This document shows, one piece after another, positions 1 through 8,778 of a stretch of 33,372 nucleotides of DNA. The stretch's first letter is position 1. Each line of letters starts with the position of its first letter. The position numbers and the translations under genes were made by a program. Under the pieces are notes generated by a model, which was given only the letters and a program-made list of their open reading frames with translations, was not told the origin of the DNA and searched no databases. Source of the stretch: Kiritimatiellia bacterium (GTDB taxonomy: Bacteria > Verrucomicrobiota > Kiritimatiellia > B70-G9); NCBI GenBank assembly GCA_012961745.1, contig DTYT01000041.1, forward strand, positions 1 to 33,372, read 5' to 3'.

Positions 1-1
1 C

Positions 2-1030
2 TTCCCCGGCAGCGGGACCGATTACCCGGTCGCCCCCGGCGAATTCGTGGTCATTGCGGCGGACGCAGACAGCTCCGACGGCTTCGCTCCCGACCTGGGG
101 GTGTTGGCCGACTGGGAATGCTATGCCGGATCGGGGGACTTCGACAATCCCACGGTACCCAATTTGATTCTGGTGAGCGGCCAGCGAGATTTCAGCCTGT
201 ACCCGGGCGGGGACAACGTGATTCTGGCGGACGGATCAGACACTAATGCACCGATCGATGCCGGGACCATCATCGACGCGGTGAATTTCGCAGGAGGAGG
301 CGGGGAACTGGCATCTCTCTCCCCCGGTGCCGGTGACCATGATCCCTCTGTTTCGGCCCCCGTCGGAAAATCAATCAATCGCTGTCCCGATGGGTGGGAT
401 ACCGACTATTCCTCAAGCGATGATTTCTTTCCGCGCGATCTCACCCCCGGCCTTACCAACGATTGTGAGATCCAATCGGTGCTGTCCGTCGAGGATGCCA
501 CCGTGACGGAAGGAGATTCCGCCTCCACCTCGGCTGTTTTCCGGCTCTACCTTTCGGAGTCGGCCACCGCTACCGTAAGCGTTGAGTATTCTACATCGCC
601 GGGCACAGCTTCGGCGGGAATCGACTACTCTCCCGCCGCAGGCACGGTGTCTTTCCTTCCCGGAGTTACTGAACAGACCGTCTCGGTTGCGGTATACGGC
701 GATACTAACCGGGAAGACCATGAGAGTTTCTACCTCCACTTGAGTAATGCGGTAAACGCTGTGCTAGGCGACAATCTGGCCGTGGGGACGATCCGCGACG
801 ACGACGGTTTCCTGATCGTTTCCATCAGCGCGTGTGAGACCCAAGCGTGGATAACCTGGGAATCGTGGAGCGGCAGGACTTACCGCTTGGAATATTCGCC
901 CCAATTGAGCAACCCGGTGTGGAATGCGCTGGGCGACACGGTCACCGCCACGGGTGCTACGGCATCCGCCCAAGATTCCACCATTTCCAACGTGCAGCAG
1001 CGGTTCTACCGGATATCCAAGCTGGACTAG
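2..1030 (+). CDS. Surface/secreted protein fragment with its 5' end outside the window. It has an LTD-like segment, one Calx-beta domain and a C-terminal beta-sandwich tail.
   Basis: The frame is open from base 2, with no stop before the GTG at 47 used by the ORF track, so the N-terminus is cut by the window edge. Calx-beta signature: VEDATVTEGDS...VEYSTSPGTASAGIDYSPAAGTVSFLPGVTEQTVSVAVYGDTNREDHESFYLHLSN...GTIRDDD. The upstream part (PGEFVVIA...LYPGGDNVILADG...IIDAVNF) resembles the end of a lamin-tail-like domain. The tail reads YRLEYSPQLSNPVWNALG...RFYRISKLD. Stop TAG at 1028-1030. Confidence 0.75.
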   Translation, partial: FPGSGTDYPVAPGEFVVIAADADSSDGFAPDLGVLADWECYAGSGDFDNPTVPNLILVSGQRDFSLYPGGDNVILADGSDTNAPIDAGTIIDAVNFAGGGGELASLSPGAGDHDPSVSAPVGKSINRCPDGWDTDYSSSDDFFPRDLTPGLTNDCEIQSVLSVEDATVTEGDSASTSAVFRLYLSESATATVSVEYSTSPGTASAGIDYSPAAGTVSFLPGVTEQTVSVAVYGDTNREDHESFYLHLSNAVNAVLGDNLAVGTIRDDDGFLIVSISACETQAWITWESWSGRTYRLEYSPQLSNPVWNALGDTVTATGATASAQDSTISNVQQRFYRISKLD

Positions 1031-1305
1031 GCCCGAGATAATATCTTGACGGCGGCGGGGCTGTTTCGGGTTGCTGAAACGGTCGTCACTCCCACCGGAC
1101 GGGGGGAGACCCGCCGGGTATAGGTTGACTGCATCTCACCCGTGCGCTTAATTAGATACGTGAATAGCTGTGGTGAAGCAGCGTGCAACTACGGAGCCAC
1201 ATACGGTAACATATCTTCGCGGGCAGGAGGCATGCATCACTCCTGGTGCGATGTTGCCCCGGCCGATTTCCACGGGCACTGAAACCCAACCAAAGGTTCC
1301 ACACA

Positions 1306-2310
1306 ATGGGGGAAGAAATCATCCACTTCAACAATCGCCGCGAGGCTCAAGATCTCACTGCCGGTGGCCCGGAGTTCCTGCGGCTCATCGCGCGGGCATT
1401 CGACATCCGTATAACCGCGCGTGACATGTGGGTAAAACTGGGGGGGACGGATGAGCGCGTCCGGAAAGCCGCGGAGTTCTTCCAGATTCTGAGAGACATC
1501 CGCGACCGGGGCGCCCGGTTGGGTGAACACGGGTTGCGCTATGCATTACGCGCCTACCAGCAGGGCCGGGGAGAAGAACTCCGGCAGCTTTACTCGGTCA
1601 GAATAGATGTCGCTCCCGGCCGACCCCCCGTCTTCCCGCGGACTTTCGGCCAGCGCGATTACGTCCAGGCCATAATGACCCGCGACATCACTTTCGGCAT
1701 TGGTCCCGCCGGCACAGGCAAGACCTATCTGGCGATGGCCATGGCCGTATCCTATCTGTTGAAGGGCGACGTAAGCCGGATCATTCTGACGCGGCCCGCC
1801 ATCGAGGCGGGGGAGGCACTGGGGTATCTTCCCGGGGACATGTATCAGAAGGTTCTGCCCTATCTGCGCCCGCTCTATGACGCACTCTATGACATGATGT
1901 CACCCGACGACATTGAACGCAACATGGATCGCGGAGTGATCGAAGTCGCCCCGCTTGCATACATGCGCGGGCGTACACTGAATCACGCCTTTGTAATCCT
2001 CGACGAGGCACAGAATACCACCTCTGAACAGATGTTGATGTTCCTTACACGATTGGGATTTGATTCCCAGTGTGTCATCACCGGCGATTTGACCCAAGTG
2101 GATCTTCCGCCCAGCAAGGCTTCCGGACTGGTGGAGGCGCGCCGGATTTTGAGCAACATCGAAGGTATCGCTTTCGCAGAGCTGACCGATGCCGACGTGG
2201 TCCGCCACTCACTGGTTCAGAAAGTCATCCAGGCTTATCGTGAGGATCGGCTCCAGACCCGCGGCCCCACCCCAGACCGGGCAGCCGACGCCCTGGAACC
2301 GACGGCATGA
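1306..2310 (+). CDS. phoH: PhoH-family ATPase (YbeZ-like)
   Basis: Walker A GPAGTGKTYLAMAMAV. PhoH hallmark blocks LTRPAIEAGEALGYLPGD, KVLPYLRPLYDAL and FVILDEAQNTT. The first true ATG is at 1306 (MGEEIIHFNN); the ORF-track start at 1246 is a GTG that adds an atypical Cys/Arg-rich leader. The stop overlaps the next gene's start (ATGA at 2307-2310). Confidence 0.9.
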   Translation: MGEEIIHFNNRREAQDLTAGGPEFLRLIARAFDIRITARDMWVKLGGTDERVRKAAEFFQILRDIRDRGARLGEHGLRYALRAYQQGRGEELRQLYSVRIDVAPGRPPVFPRTFGQRDYVQAIMTRDITFGIGPAGTGKTYLAMAMAVSYLLKGDVSRIILTRPAIEAGEALGYLPGDMYQKVLPYLRPLYDALYDMMSPDDIERNMDRGVIEVAPLAYMRGRTLNHAFVILDEAQNTTSEQMLMFLTRLGFDSQCVITGDLTQVDLPPSKASGLVEARRILSNIEGIAFAELTDADVVRHSLVQKVIQAYREDRLQTRGPTPDRAADALEPTA

Positions 2311-4634
2311 ATAACATCGTCTCCAAAGCTCGCACCCGAAGGGCCAGGGAGAAGGACCGGGCGGAGCGGCAGCGCATACGTCCCAGAAGCAGGAATGTAG
2401 TCCTGTTCACCCTCATCGGCACGGCCCTGTGGATGACAACAGTGGTACTGTTGCTTACTGCGCAGCGTCTGCCCCGCTACGTGGTCGGTTCCACGGCCCG
2501 AAACACGGTGATTTGCTCGGTGCCTTTCACGACTGAAGATGCCGCCACCACACGTCTGAAGCGTATCCAGGCAGCCGAATCGGTCCCTCCGGTGTTCCGG
2601 CTAGACAACTCTCCTGCAACAGCGGCCCGCGGTGCCCTGGCGGAACTGCTGGATGGCGCTGGCACCAACCGAGCTGAGGGGGAGACTCTACGCAAGCTGC
2701 AGGAGCAGCTGGCGGCCGCCGGAGTCGACATCCCGCCACGGCGATTCCAGCAACTCGCCCTTTCTGTTGACCGGGCTGCCTTTCTCGATGCTTACGAAGC
2801 CGCGCTCCGCAGAGTCCTTTCGCAGGGCATAGTCCCTGCCGAGGCTCGCGAAAGCCGCTTTCATAACCTGGCGGTGCACGACACCATTATTCTGGAAAGC
2901 ACTTCGGGAACCGTCACTACCAAGGTATCCCGGCTCTTAGTCCCCCGGGAAGCCGCCCAGGAGGCGGCACGCCGGTTCCGGGCACTGTACCGGACGGGCA
3001 AGTTCAATCTTAAGGATTTGACGGCACTGTTCAGACCCTGGTCAGTCCCCAACGTGACCTACTCCGCGGGACGGAGCCAGCAACTCCGGAAAGCAGCCGA
3101 GGAAAGGGTGAAACCGGTTCGGATCACCGTCGAGCGCGGGGCGCCCATAGTCACGGCCGGCGATGTGATCACGCCCGAAATCCAGGAGCGCCTGGTGCTG
3201 CACGACAGGCTCCTGCAGCAGGCCCGGAGCACATCCGACCGCCTCCGTTCCCGACTGGGCGAGCTGGTCGTGCTGCTGTTGTTCCTGATCATCTCGAGCG
3301 GAATACTCCTGGTCTGCCGGCCCCCAACGTTCAATTCACTCCGGGAACTGGCCTTTCTGGCGACGGTATGCGCGCTTACACTGCTTCTGACCGCAGCGGT
3401 GCTCTTCCTCCTGCAGCACTTCCCCGCAATCCAAGGCGTTCTGCTGGCAGCGGCTCTGCCGGTGGCTCTGGCCTCATTCCTGGTGACCATATTCATGGGC
3501 GGGGCCGCGGCGCTGGCGGCCGGGGTGTGGACCAGCGCGGCTGCGGCCATGATGGCCGGGCGGCCGTTTGATGTGTTCGCTTCCGGACTGCTGGCGACAG
3601 TAGTCGCTGCGACCAGCGCACGCGGGGTACACCGCCGGGCGCGGCTCTTTGCGGTGGGACTGTGGATAGGGGCCGCCGGTGCCGTCTCGGCGACCGCGCT
3701 CGGCCTGGCGTATTGCGTCCCGGTTTCCAGCGTGTTTCCTTCCGCCGCCCTTGCCTTGGGCAGCGGGTTGCTTACCGCGGCCCTGGTACTGATCCTGATC
3801 CCGGTATTTGAGAGTATCTTCCGCCTGACCACGGATATAGCTCTCCTGGAACTCTCCGACCTGGGGCATCCATTGCTCAAGAGGCTGGCGGTGGAAGCCC
3901 CGGGTACCTACCACCATTCCCTCATGGTCGCCAATCTGGCAGAGGCGGCGGCCCATGAGATCGGGGCGAACCCCCTACTCGCCCGCGTGGCGGCCTACTA
4001 TCACGATATCGGGAAGTTGACCAAGCCGGAATTCTTCACCGAAAACTTCCAGATGCGGTCTAATCCGCATGATGATCTGGCACCCAGCATGAGCGCTCTG
4101 GTGATTGCCTCGCATGTTAAGGAAGGGGTTTCCCTGGCCCGGCGTCACAGGTTGCCCCCGATCATCCTGGACGCGATCGAACAACACCACGGAACCAGCA
4201 TGATCTCTTTCTTCTACCAGCGCGCCCGGCAGCAGCAGGAACAGGCCGGAGCCCCTCGCCACCAGCGGCCGGTGGAAGAGAAGGATTACCGCTATCCCGG
4301 ACCGCTGCCGTGTTCCCGGGAAATGGCCATCATCGCACTCGCCGACGCGGTGGAAGCCGCCTCACGCACCCTCGAAAAACCCACTGCTTCGCGTATAGAA
4401 AACCTAGTGCACGAAATTATCCAGAAGAAGCTGCTGGACGGACAGCTCGACCAATCGCAGCTGACCCTGAGAGATCTGGCTACGATTCGGCGCGTTTTCA
4501 CCTTCACCTTGACCAATATGCTGCACGAGCGGATACAGTATCCCGAACATGAGACTGAGCGTGAAAGACTGGCAGAAGAACCATCCGCTGGACCGGGGCA
4601 AGGTAAGGGAACTCGCACAAGCCCTGGCGAATGA
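2307..4634 (+). CDS. 7TM receptor with an intracellular HD/HDIG hydrolase domain (PgpH/YqfF-like)
   Basis: A large extracytoplasmic N-terminal region is followed by a cluster of hydrophobic helices (about aa 320-500). Then comes the HD domain, HHSLMVANLAEAAAHEIGANPLLARVAAYYHDIGKLTKPEFF...IEQHHGT. It occupies the canonical position between phoH and ybeY. Confidence 0.85.
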   Translation: MNNIVSKARTRRAREKDRAERQRIRPRSRNVVLFTLIGTALWMTTVVLLLTAQRLPRYVVGSTARNTVICSVPFTTEDAATTRLKRIQAAESVPPVFRLDNSPATAARGALAELLDGAGTNRAEGETLRKLQEQLAAAGVDIPPRRFQQLALSVDRAAFLDAYEAALRRVLSQGIVPAEARESRFHNLAVHDTIILESTSGTVTTKVSRLLVPREAAQEAARRFRALYRTGKFNLKDLTALFRPWSVPNVTYSAGRSQQLRKAAEERVKPVRITVERGAPIVTAGDVITPEIQERLVLHDRLLQQARSTSDRLRSRLGELVVLLLFLIISSGILLVCRPPTFNSLRELAFLATVCALTLLLTAAVLFLLQHFPAIQGVLLAAALPVALASFLVTIFMGGAAALAAGVWTSAAAAMMAGRPFDVFASGLLATVVAATSARGVHRRARLFAVGLWIGAAGAVSATALGLAYCVPVSSVFPSAALALGSGLLTAALVLILIPVFESIFRLTTDIALLELSDLGHPLLKRLAVEAPGTYHHSLMVANLAEAAAHEIGANPLLARVAAYYHDIGKLTKPEFFTENFQMRSNPHDDLAPSMSALVIASHVKEGVSLARRHRLPPIILDAIEQHHGTSMISFFYQRARQQQEQAGAPRHQRPVEEKDYRYPGPLPCSREMAIIALADAVEAASRTLEKPTASRIENLVHEIIQKKLLDGQLDQSQLTLRDLATIRRVFTFTLTNMLHERIQYPEHETERERLAEEPSAGPGQGKGTRTSPGE

Positions 4635-5061
4635 AATTCACCGGCGTTACATGCCTGGCGGCAACTGGGGAGAACTGACGGTGACGATTACTGGTGATTG
4701 GGGGATCGCCCGGATGAACCGCCGGTATCTCGGACGGGACGGACCCACCGACGTGATCGCCTTCGGTTACCGGCCGATTCCGGGCGGATCAACCGCGATC
4801 GACGGAGACATCATTGTGAACGTTGAACGCGCCGTGCAGGAAGCGGAGCACCGCCGATGCAGTCCCGACCGCGAACTGGCGACTTATATTGCCCATGGAC
4901 TACTCCATCTGGCAGGGGAAGACGATGCTACCCCGGCCCAGCGCCGACGCATGCGAAGACTGGAACAGACCGTCATCAGCCGGGTGCTGGGAGGAAAGCA
5001 CAGTGTGATCGGCGCACCGGGAATCTTCCGACCGAAAGGGAAACGTGCCGCAGGAGGTTGA
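4549..5061 (+). CDS. ybeY: Endoribonuclease YbeY (rRNA maturation factor), with a variant metal motif
   Basis: Family blocks LTVTITGDWGIARMNRRYLGRDGPTDVIAFGY and AHGLLHLAGEDD. The ATG at 4549 overlaps the low-complexity tail of the upstream gene by 86 nt. A GTG at 4561 and an ATG at 4651 are alternative starts. An AGGAGG for the next gene lies at 5052-5057. Confidence 0.8.
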   Translation: MRLSVKDWQKNHPLDRGKVRELAQALANEIHRRYMPGGNWGELTVTITGDWGIARMNRRYLGRDGPTDVIAFGYRPIPGGSTAIDGDIIVNVERAVQEAEHRRCSPDRELATYIAHGLLHLAGEDDATPAQRRRMRRLEQTVISRVLGGKHSVIGAPGIFRPKGKRAAGG

Positions 5062-6330
5062 ATGATGGTCGTCGCCATCCTTACGGCATCCCTGTCGCTG
5101 GCCGCCGCCGTGTTCTTCGGCACCCTGTTCCGCGCCTACACCTACACCGGGCGCGCACAGGCCGACCGGCTGGCCGAAAAGTATCCTGCTATGCGACGCA
5201 AGGTGGAATTCTGGGCTCCCCGCTGGGAGGAACTCTGCTCGACTCTGCAATTGCTCATGGTCGCTTCCCGTCTTCTTTTCGTTATTGCTGCCGTCCTGTT
5301 ACTGACCCGTCAGGATGTTTCTCCCTCAGTCTGGCTGGGCGCTGCAGTCGCCTTGAGCCTCTTGTGTCTGTTCCTCCTGGAGCTTCTGCCGGATGCGCTG
5401 GCTGCTGCCTTTTCCGACCGGATCTCAGCCCGGACCCTGCCTCTGACTTCCCTGGTGGCGGTATGTGTCCGTCCCCTTGCCTGGTCCTTGGCCTGCGCTG
5501 CACGACTGTTACGGCGAGCGGTGAGCTCGGGCTCTGTGGAAGAGGACCGGCCCACGCATGAAGAAGCAATCCTCTCCATGGTGGGCCCGGATCAGGACAG
5601 CGATCTGGAAGCCGAAGAAAAGCAGATCATCCGCAGCGCATTGGAATTCAGCGACACGGTGGCACGCGAGATCATGACCCCGCGGGTGGACGTAATTGGA
5701 CTGGAAGATTCCACCCGGATTTCCGAGGCAGTCTCCATCATCAGACGTACAGGCCGCTCGCGGTACCCGGTATTTCACGAGGATATGGATGACATACTGG
5801 GCGTGGTCCACGTGAAAGATCTTCTGGTTCTTCTGGGCGAGGGCAAGGGTTCTTCGCCGGTGATCAGCGCCGTGAAACCGGTGCCCTTCGTCCCCGAATC
5901 CATCCCTATCAGCGACCTGCTCCAGTTGCTCCGGTCTCAGCAGGTACAACTGGCGGTCATCGTGGACGAATACGGCGGAACCTCGGGCGTGGTCACCATT
6001 GAAGACATCCTTGAAGAACTTGTCGGTGAAATCCACGACGAATATGACGTACGCGAAGTCTCCGCGCGCCATCTACCCGATGGCTCCGTAGTCATCAGTG
6101 CCCGGACCCCGGTCTCCGAAGCCAACACCCTCGCCGCCGTTCATATTCCCGAGGGAGAAGACTACGACTCGGTGGGCGGATACATCTTCAGTGTCCTGGG
6201 ACGGATTCCGCGCGCCGGCGAAACGGTAGACGGCGAAGATTTTACCCTCACCGTGCAGGCCGCCGACCAGCGGCAGATTCATCTGGTGAGAATCACTCCG
6301 AAGCACACACCCGCATCTGCCGCAACATGA
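5062..6330 (+). CDS. DUF21/CNNM transmembrane domain + CBS pair + CorC_HlyC domain protein (hemolysin-family, CorC/TlyC-like)
   Basis: N-terminal hydrophobic helices. Then EEKQIIRSALEFSDTVAREIMTPRVDVIGLE (entry into the CBS pair), YPVFHEDMDDILGVVHVKDLL, VIVDEYGGTSGVVTIEDILEELVGEI, and a C-terminal CorC_HlyC-like segment. The ATG at 5062 directly follows the ybeY stop, with AGGAGG 5 nt upstream. Confidence 0.88.
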   Translation: MMVVAILTASLSLAAAVFFGTLFRAYTYTGRAQADRLAEKYPAMRRKVEFWAPRWEELCSTLQLLMVASRLLFVIAAVLLLTRQDVSPSVWLGAAVALSLLCLFLLELLPDALAAAFSDRISARTLPLTSLVAVCVRPLAWSLACAARLLRRAVSSGSVEEDRPTHEEAILSMVGPDQDSDLEAEEKQIIRSALEFSDTVAREIMTPRVDVIGLEDSTRISEAVSIIRRTGRSRYPVFHEDMDDILGVVHVKDLLVLLGEGKGSSPVISAVKPVPFVPESIPISDLLQLLRSQQVQLAVIVDEYGGTSGVVTIEDILEELVGEIHDEYDVREVSARHLPDGSVVISARTPVSEANTLAAVHIPEGEDYDSVGGYIFSVLGRIPRAGETVDGEDFTLTVQAADQRQIHLVRITPKHTPASAAT

Positions 6331-7508
6331 GAATCCCTGCCAGTGGTGATCTGCACCTCACTTTCTGCCTCAACGCCTTCCCCTCCCCTCGCCCGGATGA
6401 CCTGGGACAATACTTCAACCAAGTGCTTCTGCCGATACGGGATCTGTCGGGATGCCAAGACAACCTTGGATGGGGCCTGTGGCTGGACCGGCGATCGGCG
6501 GCCCGACTCGCCGATCCCGTCCGGTCAGCGGCGTTCTGTGCCGGCCTGGCTCGGCATCAATTCTACCTCTTCACGCTGAACGGGTTCCCATACGGTGCGT
6601 TCCACGACTCCCGGATCAAGGAAAAGGTGTTCTATCCGGACTGGACCTCGCCGGAACGCCTGCATTACACACTGGAACTTGCCCGTGTACTCGGTACCTG
6701 TTCTCCACCGGACCGGTTGGGGAGTATCAGCACAGTGCCGCTGGGTGAACGCGCGGCGTTCCACTGCGACCATAAACGACGGCAGGCTGCCGGGATGCTG
6801 GTCCGGGCGGTCGCCGAGCTCGACTCTCTCCGTAAGACTCGCGGCATAACGGTCGTGCTGGCCTTGGAGCCCGAACCCGGAGCAGCCCTCGAAACCGGTG
6901 CCGAAGCCAGCGACTTCATTGAGAAAGTCCTCCTGCCGGAGGCCTCCGTGACAGATGCCGGCTTTGACGATCAGACCGTACTGCGTCACATCGGCATCTG
7001 CGTGGACCTCGCACATGCGGCTGTCATGGAAGAGTCCGTCATGGACCTTGCCGCCGAATGTCACCGGAGAAACATCCGCATCGCCAAGGTCCACATTAGT
7101 GCCGCTGTGTCGTTCCGTCCCACCCGGAGTGCACTGGAGCAGATGCACTTGCTGGCGGATCCGGTTTACCTTCATCAGCTCCGAGCCCGGCTCCCCGACG
7201 GTGGTATCGCCGCATGGCGTGATCTTCCGGATGCCCTCAGGGATCCCCGGCTGCTGGAATGTGACCAGGCGCGGATACATTTTCACGTTCCCCTGACCTG
7301 GCAAGGATCCGGTGATCTCCGTCCGGTGGCGGGTATACCCCCTCCGGAGATCGTGCAAGCCGTGGTCACGGCGGGCTGCCGGCACTTCGAGGTGGAAACC
7401 TACACCTATGCGGTATTGCCCCCCGAGTTGCGCCCTCAATCACCGATATCCGCGGCAGCCGCCGAACTAAGAACGGCCGCCAACCATCTCAAGGGGTACT
7501 ACCACTGA
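6327..7508 (+). CDS. Xylose-isomerase-like TIM-barrel protein, EboE-like
   Basis: The block YLFTLNGFPYGAFHDSRIKEKVFYPDWTSPERLHYTLELARVL matches my recollection of the EboE family signature (NGFPYG.FH...K..V..PDW). The start ATG overlaps the upstream stop (ATGA at 6327-6330). The family assignment is from memory and needs an HMM check. Confidence 0.5.
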   Translation: MRIPASGDLHLTFCLNAFPSPRPDDLGQYFNQVLLPIRDLSGCQDNLGWGLWLDRRSAARLADPVRSAAFCAGLARHQFYLFTLNGFPYGAFHDSRIKEKVFYPDWTSPERLHYTLELARVLGTCSPPDRLGSISTVPLGERAAFHCDHKRRQAAGMLVRAVAELDSLRKTRGITVVLALEPEPGAALETGAEASDFIEKVLLPEASVTDAGFDDQTVLRHIGICVDLAHAAVMEESVMDLAAECHRRNIRIAKVHISAAVSFRPTRSALEQMHLLADPVYLHQLRARLPDGGIAAWRDLPDALRDPRLLECDQARIHFHVPLTWQGSGDLRPVAGIPPPEIVQAVVTAGCRHFEVETYTYAVLPPELRPQSPISAAAAELRTAANHLKGYYH

Positions 7509-7526
7509 ATATGCCGGCCGGCGTCT

Positions 7527-8621
7527 TCAGGAGGCGGAACTCCGTTGCCGGCTCTCCTGAAGCATCGCAAGATCTGCGAGAACCAGAGCCGCCATGGCTT
7601 CGACCACGGGCACTGCCCGTGGGACGATACAGGGGTCGTGGCGCCCCTTCAGGATCAGCTCGCGTTCACGCCCCTCGTAATCCGCGGTTTTTTGGGGCAG
7701 GCGGATGCTGGCGGGCGGCTTGAAGGCCACTCGAAAGTAGATATCCTCGCCGTTGGTAATGCCACCCTGAACCCCGCCGCTGAAATTGCTCAACGTCCCG
7801 AGCCGTTGCCCCTTGCGCACAAAAGGATCGTTGTGCTGCAACCCACGCATGAGCGCTGCTCCAAAACCGCTACCGATATCAAAACCACGCGCCGCCGGGA
7901 TAGAAAGCATGGCCTGCGCCAGAAGCGCCTCCACCTTGCCGAACACAGGCTCCCCCCAGCCCGCTGGCGCGCCCCGGCATACGCAGCTGACGATCCCTCC
8001 AATACTGTCCCCTTCCCGCTTGACCTCCCGGATCAATTCCAGCATTGCGGCCGCCGCTTCCCGGTCCGGACAGCGGACCGCGGTTGCATCCACCTCCACC
8101 CGGCTGATCCGGCTCCGGTCCGGTTCCGGCGCGGCCACCGATCCCACACGGCTTACCCAGGCTACGATCTCAACCCCGTACCGCTCACGGAGCATCTTCT
8201 CGGCGACGGCGCCCCCCGCCACGCGCCCGACCGTCTCCCGTCCGCTCGCACGGCCGCCGCCGCTCTGCGCCTGCACTCCGTATTTGACCCGATACGCGTA
8301 ATCCGCGTGCGACGGGCGCGGTATTTTGCGGACGTCTTCGTAGTCGGAAGGATTCTGATCTTTGTTCCATACCAGCAGGGCTATCGGCGTACCCAGCGTA
8401 ATGTCCCCTTCCACGCCCGACAAGATCCGGACGCGGTCCTCCTCGGATCGGGGCGTATTCGCCTCACTCTGACCCGGCCGACGCCGATCAAGTTGCGCTT
8501 GGATATCCGACGGCACCAAGCGGATACCTGGCGGACATCCCTCCACAACAGCGCCGACCGCAGGGCCGTGGGACTCTCCGAAAGTCGTTATCCTGAAAAT
8601 CCGACCCAGTATGCTACTCAC
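7527..8621 (-). CDS. aroC: Chorismate synthase
   Basis: N-terminal signature FRITTFGESHGPAVGAVVEGCPPGI. Also SRPSHADYAYRVKYG, GGGRASGRETVGRVAGGAVA and LKGRHDPCIVPRAVPVVEAMAALVLAD. The ORF-track start at 8675 is a TTG. A GTG at 8621 gives VSSILGRIFRITTFGESHG with a GGAGG about 11 nt upstream and a typical length of about 364 aa. Confidence 0.9.
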   Translation of the reverse strand: MSSILGRIFRITTFGESHGPAVGAVVEGCPPGIRLVPSDIQAQLDRRRPGQSEANTPRSEEDRVRILSGVEGDITLGTPIALLVWNKDQNPSDYEDVRKIPRPSHADYAYRVKYGVQAQSGGGRASGRETVGRVAGGAVAEKMLRERYGVEIVAWVSRVGSVAAPEPDRSRISRVEVDATAVRCPDREAAAAMLELIREVKREGDSIGGIVSCVCRGAPAGWGEPVFGKVEALLAQAMLSIPAARGFDIGSGFGAALMRGLQHNDPFVRKGQRLGTLSNFSGGVQGGITNGEDIYFRVAFKPPASIRLPQKTADYEGRERELILKGRHDPCIVPRAVPVVEAMAALVLADLAMLQESRQRSSAS

Positions 8622-8778
8622 CCTCCCGTACACCTCCCGCCTGTCGAGAGTACACCGCCGCCCCGCCGCGGGCAAGCATGGGACAGGTGAGATTAGCCGA
8701 TGCGGCGCTCACGGCCCCGAAGCCTCGGAAATCGCGGTTGTCTCCGACCGCGCGGATGGGGCGCCCGGGCGGCAGCCC

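Noticed and set aside
1095-1117. GC-rich hairpin (CCGGaCGGG-loop-CCCGCCGG) downstream of the Calx-beta gene, as a possible terminator
   Set aside because: It has a bulged stem and no following T-tract, so I cannot support it as an intrinsic terminator. A TTGACT-N17-TTAATT element nearby (1125-1153) is also too weak to call as a promoter.
3059-3880. 273-aa, 160-aa and other minus-strand ORFs inside the 7TM-HD gene, and 304 aa at 6525-7439 inside the EboE-like gene
   Set aside because: These are shadow ORFs with biased composition, and the plus-strand genes carry the recognisable motifs.
8622-8675. TTG start at 8675 for aroC
   Set aside because: It uses a rare start codon and adds 18 atypical residues. 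The GTG at 8621 has a GGAGG at proper spacing and yields the canonical N-terminus.
7545-8690. 381-aa plus-strand ORF opposite aroC
   Set aside because: It is antisense to chorismate synthase, which has a textbook signature. The translation is Pro/Arg-rich shadow sequence.
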